DNA from: Narcine bancroftii
Taxonomy: Eukaryota
Assembly: GCF_036971445.1 (NCBI RefSeq)
Contig: NC_091478.1
Span: 88,660,001-88,724,000 of the forward strand
DNA length: 64,000 bases
Reading direction: 5' to 3'
The position numbers and the translations under genes are program-made. Positions 46,701 to 61,575 of the stretch are shown one piece after another. Position 1 is the stretch's first letter. Each line of letters opens with the position of its first letter. The notes under the pieces are model-generated. The model did no database searches and was not told where the DNA came from. It worked only from the letters and a program-made list of their open reading frames with translations.

Positions 46701-49700
46701 TTTATTCGTTCAACAAGGTTATTACATACAGTAAAAAAAAAAGTACATATTATGAACGATAAAAAAAATTTTTATATATAAAAAAGAAGACCCCCCCCCC
46801 CCCCCCTCAGCCAGCTCTCTTTAGGAGAGCCAAAGAAAGAAAAAAAAACTGAAATGTATTTACTAAAATCTAATCAAGGTAAATCTAAATGTAAATACTC
46901 TGAATATAAAGACCACTTATTAAGAAAAAAAGAATAATTATCAAGTAAAACATGTGATTTTTTTCCATTACCAAACAAGTTTTCATCTCATTATGCCATC
47001 TATTAATATCAATCACATTAGCATTTTTCCATGTACTTGCTCTACATTGTTTTGCTACAGATAAAGCTAAATATACAAAAGCAATCTGAAATTTATCTAA
47101 TCCCAAATCTTTCAAAGGATTCAACTCACCCAACAAAAATATTGTCGGGTCCAGAGGTATTTTGATCTTATACAAATGTTCCAAAAACAATTGAATTGCT
47201 TTCCAAAAAGATTGTATATGTACACATAACCAAACAGCATGAAAAAAGTTCCAACCGAATTACCACATCTAAAACAAGAGTCTGATTCACTAAAACTATA
47301 TTTAAAAAAAAACTTTTCAGGTGTTAAATACAATTGATGTAAAAAAAATTGTAATTAACCATTGCATAACGAACATTTATCGATCTAGTAACACTATCAT
47401 GACAAATATCTAACCAGTCATCCTCAGAGAAAGTAAAGTTAATATCCTTTTCCCATTTAATCTTCAATCTATCCCATCCCTTTTTTTCCATACTTTCCTG
47501 TAATATTTGGTACATCAATGAAATATATCCCTTCTTTGGTGCAATCACAAGAAAAGATTCAAATTTAGTCAATTTAGGTAAAATCATATCTCTACCAAAT
47601 ATTTGTTTTACTAGGGGTCGAAGTTGACAATAAATGAATAAAGAATTCTCATTAATACCAAAATCTTCCCTCATTTGATTAAAGGATAAAAATTGACCTT
47701 CTTTAAAACAATCCCCCAAGTTTTTTATACTTTTAAATTTCCAATGTAATAAACAATGATTATACATTGAAAAAGGAATAAATTGGTTATTATATAATGG
47801 TGTTAAAATCAATAATTTACCCTGAGAACCTAACGTTCTATTTTTCCTCATCCATAACTTCATTAAATGTTTTAGTATAAGCACATTATATTGTTGTAAT
47901 AAATTTAAATTCCACCGAAACAAAAATTGATGTATTTCAAATTCAGAAATATTCACCATCTCAATTTTAGCCCAACTTGGGGGGCCGTTCCAAATCCATT
48001 AATGAACTAATAAATTTAAATTGAGCTGCCTCATAATAATTTTGAAAATGTGTTAAGCGTAATCCCCCTAATGCATATTTCCCGATTAGCTTATTCAAAG
48101 CTACTCTCGGAAATTTACCCTTCCAAAAAAATTCCCTAACCATTTTATTTAAATCTCGAAAAAAAATCTTATTAAGTAAACACGGAATTGACTGAAACAA
48201 ATATTGTATACATGGAAAGATATTCATTTTGATTGTATTTATTCTTCCAATTAAATTTATAGGAAGATCCTTCCACTTAATCAAATCAGCTTTGATCTTT
48301 TTCATTAACAGTACATAATTTAATTTATATAAAGATTGATAATCAACATCCACATTTATATCCAAATATTTAATTTGATCAGTCCACTTCAAATTAATAA
48401 TATCCTTATAAACTGAATAATCTCCTTCACCTATCAGTAAAATTTCACTTTTTTCCCCAGTTAACTTTATATCCAGATAAAGATCCATATTGTATTAAAC
48501 ATTCCTTCAAGTGTAAAAGTGACTGAGCTGGGTTTGTTAAATACACCAGTACATCGTCAGCAAATTAATTTTATACTCCTCATCTAAAACTCTCATACCT
48601 TGTATCTGTGTATTTTGTCGAATCAACTGTGCTAAAGATTTACATTTATTTATTTCTATGTACATATAATTTAAGAAATAACATCACAATATTCGAACAA
48701 ATATGGGAACCATACATAAAATACAATAAAGAAATCCTACCATGGACCTCCACCACCTAAAATGACAGAAGGAGAAGACAACGAAATGAACTGACTTAAA
48801 AGACAAAAATTTCTGGTTTATTTTTATTAAGTGACGACATTATTTAACGGGTTTAATGTATCTTATAAACTGAACTTTGAATACATGGGAAGGGGGGAGA
48901 GGGAGGAAGGGAGGGGGGAAAAGGGGAGAAAAAAAACTGCTAAAGGTTCAATTACTAACGCAAACAAAGCTGGAGACAAAGGACAATCTTGTCGAGAAGG
49001 CTTGGGTTGCTTGATGTAAATTTGTACTTCTGTATAACCTGAATTAATATTTGGAAATTAGTTAAAGGCTTCCTTTTTGGGAAATTATGGGAGAAATTAG
49101 TACACTGTGAATTATTGGCATTGACCATTCTCCTTCCACATTAGATTATTATCTTGTAGTTTCACAGTTATCTTTTCCTTCTTTGGAGCATTGTTCTTTG
49201 TTATATTTAAGAAGCAAATATGGGTCTAGACTCTAGACAGTGATATAGGCTATAAAATTATAAAAAAGTATTATCGCTGAACTAATCATGTCATAACTTG
49301 ATATCGACTCACGCAGTAAAATTTGTCGGCTGTCGATTAAAACAAGTTTTTTTTTTAAGGGTTCTTTTACTAAGGGTTGATGCCAGTTACAGCTTTTTTC
49401 CTTCTGCTAGCTCAGAGATGTCATAACAAATCAGCAATTGATTGAGATATTATTTCCTTCTTTATTTTAGAAAGAGCACAATATGGTTTATGTCCTTATG
49501 TTGATGTGCTTTATGCATAAATCAAAACAGTTTAAATCAATTGAACATGAATCTAATGAACAGACAGATAGAAAAGCTTTTTAAAGTGTACTCAAATCCT
49601 GTGATGGTGATGAAATAATTTGAAGTGTATCCAGGACATTGTTTGGTTCCATTATATTGAAGGATTTGCTTCATCTTTGTGACATACATTTTAAATTCTG

Positions 49701-52700
49701 AAATCTTGATCCATATGCAGCAGTTATTTTTTGTTTAATCTTCTTTGAAGTTCATATTTATTTTCCAATTTCTTTCTGTACATATATAATTAATTTAAAT
49801 TGTTCAAAGAGACACTTATCAAAATCTACTACAACTTGTTTAGAATTTATTTGCTAATACCTTTACGGTTTATCTGCTGATATGTTTCTAATCTATTCTT
49901 TGTCAGATATGCATGCTGGATTATATCACTGTGCTTAGGCTGACATCTATTTAGTCATTTTGTCAGGATTTTCCATAAAGTACACAATTGACAAAAATTG
50001 GGGTCCAATTTTCATTGCAAATTGTGCTTTTACATGATTGTGACACACATGACACATCTAGATTGATTTATTATGTCAAGCAACAATGCTGTGTTTCAGA
50101 TTTCACTTAAATAAAGTGGTGTTAACAGCTATAATGATTAACCCATTCTTAAATGAAAGCTGAGAAAAGGCTTTGCTTCCCAACAAATTTTCAGAACTTC
50201 ATTAAAATTGTTTGACATATTTTTGTACTAGTTTGCCTAGGCTTGGTCAATTAATTGAATTAAACCATCTTGAATAATTAGGTTAAATTGCAATTTTTTG
50301 TTGTTTTTAGTGTAAGAAATGTGTGTGTTCCTTCCATTGCTGTTCATGAGCAGTTGTCTATTTTAATAACAGGTGGTCTCAAATTGCAAGGAAAAAATCC
50401 AGCATTGGTAAGTCCAAACATTTAGTATTTTCATTATTGTGCATAGTTTGTGGTTTTGCCACATTTAAAGATAATATCCTTTCTGTGCTTTACATTAAAC
50501 CAGACATCAGTGTAGAAGGTTATGTCAGTATTTTTACATAATAACTCAGCTCTGTTTCTTGTCCAATAGTTTATGAATGTCACATGCTTTGCATATTTCA
50601 TAAAAGTTACCAAGCAATTAACTAAGATATCTGGATTTGAAAGCACTTTGGATACTGGAAATAAACACACACAATTCAAATATTATTTTGCAAAATCCAG
50701 TAATTTGTCTTGGTACGGAAAGCAGAAATGTGTGATGTTCTGCAGGAGCTTCTGCGACCAACTATTTGCAAGCTCTTCTATTTGATTTTACATTGCATTC
50801 GTGAACTACCTGACTGATCACAAAATTACCTGGTCATGAGACATAATTTCCCTGGCTTACTCCATTTGCAGTGAATCTACAGACATACTTGGTGGTTACC
50901 ATGCCAATGATCATGGCTTAGTACACCTTTGCTGGACAGTATTGCAGAGCTGAGGATCATCCAAACTTGGAAATATTTCTCTCAGACCTTTCGTCATCAG
51001 ATATATATAGGAAAACGAGAGCAGAAATAGGCTATCAGCCTATTGAGCCTGCCCCATTATTTTCCCACTCAGCCCCACTGCCTGGTCTTCTCCCCATAAC
51101 CTTTGATACCCTGGTTAATCAAGAAGCTATCTATCTCTTCCTTAAATACACCCAATGCCTTGGCCTCCACAACCACCTGTGGCACTAAATTCCACAGATT
51201 CACCACGCTTTGGCTAAAGAAATTCCTCTGCATTTCTCTAAGTAGACACTCTCCACACCTGTTTTTTTTTGTTCCCACTGTGTTTTTTTTTGTACCCTCT
51301 TGTCCTAGACTCTCCCACCATCGGGAACAGCCTTTCTACATCTACTCCATCAATGCCTCTTAACATATGAATATTTTCTATGAGTACTGGCCAAGAGCCA
51401 TCAAATGTTTCTCCTATCATAACCCTTTCATTCCTAGAACCTCCTCTGAACTCTAACTCCAACATATCTCTTCTTAAATGAAGACCCCAAAGCTGCTCAC
51501 AGTACTCCAAATGAGGTTTCACTCGTGCCTTGTAAAGGTAAAGCCTCAGTATCACATCTTTGCTCTTGTATTCCTCTTGAAATGAATGCCAGCATTGCAT
51601 TTGCCGTCTTCACCACTGGCTCAACCTGCGAGTTTACGTTCAGTGTATTCCTGCTGGTGGACTCCCAAGACCCTTTTCAACTGGGAGTTTTCAGTTTTAT
51701 TCACATTTAGAAAATGTATCTGCTTGTTTGTTTCTTCTATATCACTTCCATACAGCTAAGGTCACTGCCCTGAATCTATGTAGCAGCTTCTAGCACGCAA
51801 ATACCATTTTACTATTTTCTATAACCATTTCTGTACCATTATGATGTATTACTTCAATTCTAACAGAGTTGGAATTGAGAGTTTTGTCAAATGCCCTTTG
51901 AAAATATTTTATCTTTTGTCATGTTGCCTTTGTCTAAAAATGATTACGAATTATTTTACAATAGATTCTAATGTTTCTCTGAGAACAGATGTTCGGAGAA
52001 CGTTTTTTTCCTTGCCCTTCATTTTGAATAATGGTACCTTCCAAACCACAGGCCTGTTGCAGAACCTAGGGAATTTTGAATCATCGCAGCAACTGCATCC
52101 ATTCTCCGAGCAACCACCCATTTTATAACACAAACCCAAGGGATTGTATAAAGTTTAGTCTCATAGTTTCTTTTGACTCTTTAGTTTCTTGGCTCTTTGC
52201 AATTTCTACTATGACTGGTATCTTCTACTGAGAAGATGGCTATGAAACATTTAAGTCAGTATTTGTCTTTTTCCCCCATTATAATTTCTCCTAGTGCTAC
52301 CTCTGTCACATGATTACATTTATTACTTTTTATGTGTTTGATGCTCCTATAATTTTGACTTGTATTTTTTTTCTAGTTCACTCTTTCCATTTTCTCCCTC
52401 TGTTTTTGGTTTCGTGATGTTATCTTTAAAACTCCCAATCCTCCATTCGGAAATTACAAGATTTCTAATGCTGTTCCATACTTGGATCTTTAACTAGCCA
52501 CAAATTAATTATTTTCCCAAGTTCTTAATGACAATAATTCATGAATTTGAACCTTTCTGCACCCCAACATGCTTCAGTCCACAAAATCAAAACAAATCAA
52601 TTGGACATAGTGTGTTTGTGGTTTGGATAGTTTATCGTGGATAATTTTGTACATGTAGAAAACCACTGATCTTTTCATTTGGACCCTTGTATCTCGTATT

Positions 52701-55700
52701 CCCTCAGGAGATGTTCACTTACAGTTAAGTTTTTGCTATTCATTCCCTGTTACTGAATTTCCACTTTTTACTAATTCTATGTCAAATCAGGAAACTAAAT
52801 CTTTAATTCAAATACTGGGTAGAAAAGATGGGATTCAGGATTCTTGGTCCCATTTGCTGTAGAGAGTGTCTGTACCTTTTAAATTATTGCCAACCATTAC
52901 TGCATTTTTTTAAAATCTCTTGAAAGAATTTATTTTTTTAACATTTAGTAAGATGATGGAGAAATTTTCATTCTGTGTTTAGAGGGCTCAGAACTACCTA
53001 TCTCATCTGCAGGTTATCAAGTTTTTTTTTCCCCGACAACACTACTTGGAAGATGATTTAGGCTGACATATCAAATGGATTCAAAGTGATGCATTTTTAA
53101 GATCCTATTTTCAATTAAGATATCAATTGAATGATACACAATCATGCGTCGCATAACGCCTGTTTGGGCAATGTCCAACTGCATATACATCTGTGGTCCC
53201 AGAAGGTTATAATAGAGTTCAGAAATACTGATCAGAGAATGGGACATAGCAGATTTCCACATGCAACACATGTATCTCTTGTCTCTTATATGCCAGGGAT
53301 ATAATGGTACAGTACATATATAACCTATAATACATATGTCTTGATAGTCATAATAAACGCCTATGTTACTCTAATATGGGGTTCACACAACGTCCAAATC
53401 ACATAATGTTCTATTTCATAGAACATAGCATTGAGGTTAAGCAACACATGACTATATATAATACACTGTACAGATTTAACAAGTTTTACTTGCTTTAGCT
53501 TCCAAGATGTATGAAGCACTCTAGCAACAATTTAAATATAACACAAGGTGCCACAAAGAAAATAAAAATTAAAGGAAGAGAATATAAATATACATGTATA
53601 GAGAGAGTTGGCTGGTAGTGTGAAACGTGCTGCGTCAGTAGACAGATCTTTGGTGGTTTTGGAGTGATGTTAAGGTTCAAGTAATATTTGAAGGTTCACT
53701 TTGATGGCTGTGCTTTTAATCCTAGGCATGTTTGTCTTCAGATCTGTCCTCCTGCTGAAGTAGATGCAAGCTATAAGCTGTTATTCAAAACAGTTCTGTA
53801 AAACAGCCTGAAAGAGAATTAGCAGCCCAGATGTTCCATCTGGGTTTCAATTTACCATTTACCGATTTTTGCATTGATCTAATTGAATACATTAATCTTT
53901 GTTGTTACATTTAAAGAAGAGTTATTTCATAATGTCCTGGCCAGCACTTACTGCAGATAGATCATTATATATTGTGCACATTGACTAAGATTTGAAACTG
54001 AGTGAGGATAGACAATCCGTATAATTCTCATTGTTGTCTTGTGTGTGAGAGCAGAGGAATATATATTCTACAAGAGTCAGGAATAGGATTTGATCCTAGA
54101 TTTTGGAAACGATCATCTCTGATCTAGAATGGAAACATGAGCAATGGAAAGCCAAACAGAGCAACATGCTTCGCTACTAGTTGTAGAACGAGCAGTGTAG
54201 AGTTGATGGTCACCTTTTTTGCATTTGCAGATGATTAGACACTACATGAATGAATGGTGATGAAGTATATGGAGTCCCTACTATAAATATTGTGCATGCA
54301 GTGATTTGCAAAAGATAACAACTGACTGGTTTCAAAAATAAAGAATATAAAAATAAGAAAAACAAAAGTGGAAGCTATGGAGAGGGTACAGAGGAGATTT
54401 ACCAGGATGCTACCTGGATTGGAAAATAAGTCTTATGAGGCAAGATTAGGAAAGCTGGGACAATTTTCTTTGGAGTGTAGAAGGATGAGAGGAGACTTGA
54501 TCAAGGTCTATAAGATGATGAGAGGCTTAGATAGAGTGGACAGCCAGGACCTATTTCCCAGGACAGAAACAGTAAACATCAGAGGACATCTGTACAAAAT
54601 GAGGGGAGGGAAGTTTAGAGGAGACATCAGGGGTAAGTTATTTTACACAGAGAGTTGTGGGTTCCTGGAATGCATTGCCAGGGATGGTGCTGGATGCTGA
54701 ACCAATAGGGGCATTTAAGAGACTCTTGGGCACATGGATGGAAGAAAAATAGGTTACGGGGTGGGAAGGTTTAGTACTTTTATTAAAGGAAAATATAGGT
54801 TGGCACAACATCTACTGAAGGGCCTGTAAGGGTTAGGATTCTAGTAAGGACACAGAACTTTACAACGCAACTTGAATGATCATGGACTTAATTTTTTTCG
54901 TATTTTTCAGCATTGTATCTTCAGGTCAATTTTATACAGTATCCTTTTTTATATATAAACAAAGTTTATATGTTTATAAAAATCCCATAAGGACATGTTA
55001 TGAGTCGTGCTTTAATTTCAAAATTGGATTCATCCCAATTGAATAATTTCTGTCGTAAAAACAACCAAAGTCACATAGGATTCATAATTTATATTGTACT
55101 TGTATAATTCATTTTATGAATTCAGTTTGAAAATTCAAATATTAATATTTTGATATTTAGGGTTAAAGTACAAAATGACTATGATGCACTTCAAGGAAGG
55201 CTCAAGACCTTGCCTGATCAACTGTCTTACGATGTAATGGTGAGTATGAAATCTTGTTGAAAATTTCTTTTTCTCCCTCGAGAAATTGTGTGGATGTGTT
55301 CAGATTAAAAATCAGCCCTTCATCCTATAAAAGCTTCTATTTGACTTTGGACTGTTCTAAAGTAGGACCCAACAGCAAGCTGTTATTTCCCTGGTTACAT
55401 AGTCTCTGATGTGTAAAGTTGTACTGTTACAGTAAGTCTCCAAAGAACATAGTGATTTGCTATGAGACTTCCGTACAACTGTACCAATGTTGCATTTTAA
55501 TTGGTTCCTATAAAATACAAAATGGAAGTTTGCAACATGCACCTGAATTTTCTTTAATTAATTGTCCTTTCCCATTTTTTTGGGGTTGGCTAAGGTCAAA
55601 ATTTAATATTGGCCTCAATTACTGGGTTTTGACAACACAAACAAATGGACAATTGTCTTTCTTTGTTGTGTTTACTTGTGTCCTCCAGTTGAGTATTAAA

Positions 55701-57129
55701 ACAGGAGCATAGATTCTGAGATGCTTTATTAACTTGTAATAAGTAATGTAGTTCAGCACAATCTTGTTAATCTGATGCTCAGAAGTTGTTGCCAATACTA
55801 ATTGTTACTGTATTTAGCAAGTTACTGCCACCAAGTAGGGATGCAATATAGCATTTTATTTTTCTTTGAGGTGAATTATTGATCATTCTTTTGGTGATTC
55901 ACCAAAGAAGCCTACATGGTGCTTTTGCTATGCTTTGTCTGGTTATTACCTGTTGATTATTTTGTCCATTTTAACTGATATTTAACCATCAAAAAGTTCT
56001 AATTTTGGCATTGAAAGCAATTGGCAATGTATTTTTTTGTCACGTGTAATTTGCTTTCGACGGATCACTGTCTGCCACCATCATGGTCAAAAGCAGTTAG
56101 TGCAACTCGCATAGGCTCATTGGTCCAGATTAATCCACCATTTGATCACAGGACCAAGATCCCTGTTGATCAAGGTTTAGCTTTGGATTTGCTGTTTTTT
56201 TTTCATTTGTTTTGCAGTGGTGCATTGTGGGAGGACTAGCCTTTCTCTGGCATTAACCTGATTTTGCTTTGCTGAATTTTCAAGTGATGGACTAATGATC
56301 AAAATGATGTTGAGATGCCTTGCATTCCTATTTATACACTGAGGATTTTTTTCTGTTTGATGTGTCTTGGATAGACTTTAAAATATCCTTTTTCTCTTTC
56401 TCGAATCCACCTTGTGGCCAAAAATATCTTATTCTCTTGAGATGTTAACAATAATGACATAGCTTGCACCTATCCATCTACCCTGCATAAATGAGTGGCT
56501 TCCTAGTCCAGAGATCAGTTGAGAGATGGAGATTAGGTATTATTATAGCTCAGGCTTGGCAGGATAATGAGTTTCTTTCTTCCAGCTCCGGATGATTGGA
56601 TTTTTTACAACAATCATAATTAACAATAGTTAAAATGATGTGGATTTTTGAAAAGAATTTAAATTCTTAAGTTGCCTTGACAGTACTTAAAATTTCTTTC
56701 TAAGGCTCAATAAAAGTTTGAAATTTTGATTGCATAGTTTTCTGTTTCTTAAATTTGACGGGCATAAGGACATCTTTGGGAAATTGTATGCTATTTTCAT
56801 ATTCTGTATATTGACTTGCATTGGGAAATTATGACAAATTATATTTACAGCATAGATCCCTCATGGGATTTGATTTGTATTTAAATACAAATTTATTGCC
56901 AATTGTTTGCAAAGTGAATGAAGACAACATGTTTAGCTCATGAGAATATAGACACTAACAAAGTTTTCTATTGCATAATTGTTTTTGTTACAGGTGCCAT
57001 TTGGCCCACTTGCATTTATGCCAGGACAATTAATCCATACCAACGAAGTCACTGTTTTACTTGGTGACAATTGGTTTGCAAAGTGCTCTGCAAAGCAAGC
57101 TGTTGGCCTGGTGGAGCACAGGAAAAAAC
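37420..57129 (+). CDS. URI1: Unconventional prefoldin RPB5 interactor 1, first four coding exons (3' partial)
   Basis: join(37420..37500,50373..50407,55161..55239,56994..57129): ...RLREEHDK VVSNCKEKIQHW VKVQNDYDALQGRLKTLPDQLSYDVM VPFGPLAFMPGQLIHTNEVTVLLGDNWFAKCSAKQAVGLVEHRKK, the prefoldin-alpha domain of URI1. Confidence 0.95.
40951..41055 (-). mobile_element. RTE 3'-end fragment
   Basis: Reverse complement is nearly identical to 59116-59218. Confidence 0.85.
41123..43568 (+). mobile_element. Internally deleted Ty3/Gypsy LTR retrotransposon in URI1 intron 1
   Basis: LTRs at 41123-41337 and 43357-43568 (TG..CA); PBS-like tggtgaccc after the 5' LTR; polypurine tract at 43337-43352; decayed gag (WTSQPLVWF..AEAQF), protease (LVDKGAEVSVLP) and integrase (HIHVDII; YHPQSNGLMERFH); no RT seen; flanks atac/gtac. 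Confidence 0.9.
45174..45414. mobile_element. Short solo LTR-like insertion
   Basis: TGTAGC...GCTACA ends; flanks catt/cagt; CpG-rich. Confidence 0.55.
46690..48640 (-). mobile_element. 5'-truncated L1-clade LINE (3' half of ORF2)
   Basis: FADDVLVY RT motif near 48545-48565; GRINTIKMNIFP, GGLRL..FQNYYEAA, CFRCG; frameshifted. Confidence 0.9.
50373..50407 (+). CDS. URI1: URI1 exon 2 (VVSNCKEKIQHW)
   Basis: 35 nt; aacag / gtaagt borders. Confidence 0.92.
54366..54830 (+). mobile_element. CR1-like LINE 3' end
   Basis: ERVQRRFTRMLPGL, FSLECRRMRGDLIKVYK. Related copies at ~27285-27580 (+), ~39710-39960 (+), ~51010-51700 (-), ~12460-13830 (+, interrupted). Confidence 0.85.
55161..55239 (+). CDS. 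URI1: URI1 exon 3
   Basis: 79 nt; tttag / gtgagt borders. Confidence 0.93.
56994..57129 (+). CDS. URI1: URI1 exon 4
   Basis: 136 nt; ttacag / gtgagt borders. Confidence 0.95.
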
Positions 57130-58458
57130 GTGAGTTACTGCCAATTTTAAAGCTGAATTTTGTTATTTTTGAATGGCATTGCAAACTCAAGTTTCAGATA
57201 TTTTGGAGTTTAAACAGCATGATTCCCATGTGGGAGAAAAACAAATAGTATATTCTTGCAAATAACTGACGAATAGGATTTGATTTTCTGACTGTTTTAA
57301 TTATAAAGTAATCTAATTTACTATTAGATCAATTTGGGCAATGAGCTACTGGTGATGACTGGTTACTGTTTGGCTTTGCATCAACAGATTGGATCTTCAA
57401 GTACACTCAAGTGTTGAAATTATTTTTCTTGAGGCTGAGTAACAACCACATTGATACATAAATGTGCATGTGGCCAGCTGATTGTCTTTGAGCCAATAAA
57501 GCAGATTGATGAAAAATAGTATTTTTTGCTTGAGATTTTAGACTATGCATGAGTGGGATTTAATGTGTAAATAACACAGGCAAAATTTAAAAAGTGAATT
57601 AATTTATTTGAGTTATTTTTCTGGATTCTGGGCAGGTCCTGGCAAATTGGAAAATAGCAAATTTCAAGCCATTGTTTTTTTTTAAAAAGAGGGGATGTAG
57701 GCAGAGACATGATTATCGGCTAGCTGTCGTTGAAGCTATCATTAATGAAGAAACAAGGATTATGGGAAAAGGCAGGTAGGACTGAGCAGATATTGAATGG
57801 CGGAGCAGGCTTGATGGGGGAGACTCTTGCTCTTATTTCTTGTTTCTTAAGTATTAAATGACCTAAACCACTCACACTGTCAGGCAAACATTAAAATGAC
57901 AGAATATCCATGGAAACTTTGGACCCCTTGACACATTATCTTGGGTTTCTATAGTGCTTTCAATCATGGACAGAAGAAAATCTTAACATGGTTAAAGCCA
58001 TTGAAAATATTTAAAAAATTTACTGGAGACGTAAAAATCTCTACTTTAGGGTAGGTGCACAAATAGATGAACTGTGAAGTTTAGCGCCTCGTCTCCATTG
58101 AACCCTCTTATTCACGTTTCCTGGCTTTGGTATTGAAGGAGTGTGAGTTTACATAGCAGTTGGGAATGCTGATGGCTGTTTGACAACTTTGAGAAATGGT
58201 ACAACTCTGGGAGGGTGGAATTGCTGCTTAGATCAGGAAAACATTGAGTTGGAAAAATAGCATGGCCCACAGGTGGGCATCAACTGAATTTATTTGAGAA
58301 GTTTATTTCTCTGCTCTGTTGTTTTAATTCTATTAAAACTGTAAATGTGGAATTGCAAATATCACCAGCAAGATGGATGAGGTTATTTTGGCATATGAAA
58401 AATATTTAATATTATGCAAAAGTTTAAAAATAAAGATTAAATGGTCTTGTGCCCTGAA

Positions 58459-59220
58459 ATGCAAGGATCGACAACGAGATAGACAACAGACTCGCCAAGG
58501 CAAATAGCGCCTTTGGAAGACTACACAAAAGAGTCTGGAAAAACAACCAACTGAAAAACCGCACAAAGATAAGCGGATACAGAGTCGTTGTCATACCCAC
58601 ACACCTGTTCGGCTCCGAATCATGGGTCCTCTACCGGCATCACCTACGGCTCCTAGAACGCTTCCACCAGCGTTGTCTCCGCTCCATCCTCAACATTCAT
58701 TGGAGCGACTTCATCCCTAACATCGAAGTACTCGAGATGGCAGAGGCTGACAGCATCGAATCCACGCTGTTGAAGATCCAACTGCGCTGGGTAGGTCACG
58801 TCTCCAGAATGGAGGACCATCGCCTCCCCAAGATCGTGTTATATGGCGAGCTCTCCACTGGCCATCGTGTCAGAGGTGCACCAAAGAAGAGGTACAAGGA
58901 CTGCCTAAAGAAATCTCTTGGTGCCTGCCACATTGACCACCGCCAGTGGGCTGATATCGCCTCAAACCGTGCATCTTGGCGCCTCACAGTTCGGCGGGCA
59001 GCAACCTCCTTTGAAGAAGACCGCAGAGCCCACCTCACTGACAAAAGACAGGAGGAAAAACCCAACACCCAACCCCAACCAACCAATTTTCCCCTGCAAC
59101 CGCTGTAACCGTGTCTGCCTGTCCCGCATCGGACTTGTCAGCCACAAACGAGCCTGCAGCTGACGTGGACATTTTACCCCTCCATAAATCTTCGTCCGCG
59201 AAGCGAAGCCAAAGAAGAAG
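58459..59220 (+). mobile_element. Young 5'-truncated RTE-clade LINE
   Basis: EIDNRLAKANSAFGRL, QLRWVGHVSRMEDHRLPKIVLYGEL, C-terminal CNRCNRVCLSRIGLVSHKRAC; short (GAA)n tail. Confidence 0.92.
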
Positions 59221-59230
59221 AGTAGAGTAA

Positions 59231-60077
59231 TGTCAGAGACCAGCAGCAGTAGAAATTCACCAAGACAGTGTTATTTTAAAAACAATATATTGATTAATAA
59301 CTATTAATATTACAACAACTTAACTTAAATGTGTTTGATTGATGCACAATTCTGGAAAGTCAATTCCCAAAGTTCAGTCTTAGAAATTCGATGTTGAAAC
59401 TCAGAATTTTTAAACTGATGTTCAGAAGTAATTAAAAAGTAGATATGACACAGAATCATCAGACTGCTTTTAACTCATGAATCCATGTTGAGTTGCTTCC
59501 AGAGAAATGTTCTTTCATACAACTCCCTTCTTCCTTGCGTAGGGCAAATGAAACATGACTTCCGCAATGCTTCCAAAAACCCAGGCAAGGGTCAGAAATG
59601 ACCATAAGAATGGTCATGATCCAAATGCAAGAATGATCTTGCTTCCTTTACCCAGATATGGGTCAATCATAAATGACCATTACGATGGTCATAGTAGATC
59701 ATTGTTTCCCCTGACAAGGAGAAACAGCAGAAGTGTCCATTTCACACAAAGTCAGTTCATTTTTGTCTCTTGATCTCTGGTTACTTATTAATCAATCTTG
59801 CTGCTTAAAATGCCTCAATCACATGATTTGTTTGAGCAATACTCAATGTTGTTTCTTCAAGTGCCTCAAACAAGTCATAATCATATGACCTGTCTCTCAA
59901 CAGATGTCTTTTCCTTGGGTGAACAATCCATTGTTTTGGTTCTTAAATGAGAGCATTAACTCTGTTTATGGTTTAGACCAATGGTGCGAGGCTGTCTGAA
60001 AATGTTGTGAACTGTGACTGCACCCTGCTCCAACCCCTAAAGTAACACTCACTAAAAAAAATAACAAGCTTGTAACA
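59231..60077. mobile_element. Possible solo LTR
   Basis: TGTCA...TGTAACA ends; flanks gtaa/gtag. Confidence 0.4.
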
Positions 60078-60564
60078 GTAGAAAGTAGGTATTAATTTTG
60101 TCTTGAGAAAATCTATACTCAAACTTTTAACTTTTCAACCAGATCATTAAATATTTTTGACACCTAAGGAGACTATTGAGTCCATCTTCTGTCACTGGGT
60201 TTATACTCTTGTACCTCAGAGCTTTTAAATTGTATATCCAAGTACTTTTTAAATGTGATTAGGGTTTCTACCTTTAGTAACTTTTTAGGCAATAGGTTCC
60301 AGATGCCTACTAATTTCTGGGTGTATAAAGTATTCATCTCCTTCCTAATCGACAAAAGTCTTAGTACTTGAATACTTTGAGTAAGTGAACTGTATTCTTC
60401 CTATTTACTGTATAAAATTCTTAATTGTTTTAATTAAACCTGTTCTGAAAACTATAGCTGAGCCATTCTTTGCATATGGTTATAATTGTACATCACTTGG
60501 ATGTAGGAAAGATTGTTGAATATTAAAATTTGTTGCTGATTCCTGAATGTGAAAATTTGTTGTC

Positions 60565-61575
60565 CATGGCAAACACCATCTCCCTGGCCTTGCATTCAGT
60601 CCTGGAAAACCTGGATAACAAGGTTGCTTCTGTCAGGCTCCTATTTATTGATAATAGCTCTACCTCCATCATCATCATCTCAAACAAACTAATCTCCAAA
60701 TTCCAGGACCCTATTCTTCAACTGCATTCACGACTTCCTGACTTGCAGATCACAAGTCGTGAGGATTGGTGACAACAGCTCCTCCTCAATAATCTTTAAC
60801 ACTTGCGCTCTGCAAGGCTGCACATTCAACCTTTTACTAAACTCCATACACTCATGACCGAGTGGCCAAATATTTCTCTAATTCCATCTACAAATTTGCA
60901 AATGATACCACCATCGTAGGCTGGATCAAGTCATGATGAGACGGAATACAGGAGGAAATGGATAATCTGTTGGCATGGTATCATTATAATAACCTCTCTA
61001 TGACAACAAAACGAAGGAGCTGGTCACCAACAAAAATGAGGATGAAGCACATGCCCTGGTCTATATCTCTTTTATATATTTTTATTGTTTAACATAATAA
61101 GCATACATAATACATGTCAATTATATAATCAATTGAATACAGGTAACTACATATGAAAGGGAGAGAAAAACAAAATTATGAATGAGCTCAGGTTATCATG
61201 CAAACTAACCTCCCCTCCATTGATTTTGTCTAAATTTCCAGCTGCCTTGGGAAAGCAGCCAAGATACCCAAGGGTCCATTCCACCCTGGCCATACTCTTC
61301 TATCCTGTTGGGCAGTGAATACATGAGTTTGAAAATGTGCACCATTAGATTCAAGAGCAGTTTCTTTCCTTCTATTATGAGACTCGAATAGTCTGCTCAC
61401 TGGTAAAATGATGATAACCTTGCAATGTTTTAAGTAAATGTTTTCTCATGCCATTCTTCTGTGCTTTTGTTTTGTATTGCACTACCGCTATACTCAAGTA
61501 TGGTTTGACTTGGGTGCCATACAAAGCAATGTTTTTTTCACTGTTTCTTAGTAAACATGATAGTACAATCCAATT
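60565..61575 (+). mobile_element. Decayed Rex1/L2-like LINE RT fragment
   Basis: ISLALHSVLENLDNK..SVRLLFID; KFANDTTIVG. Confidence 0.7.
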
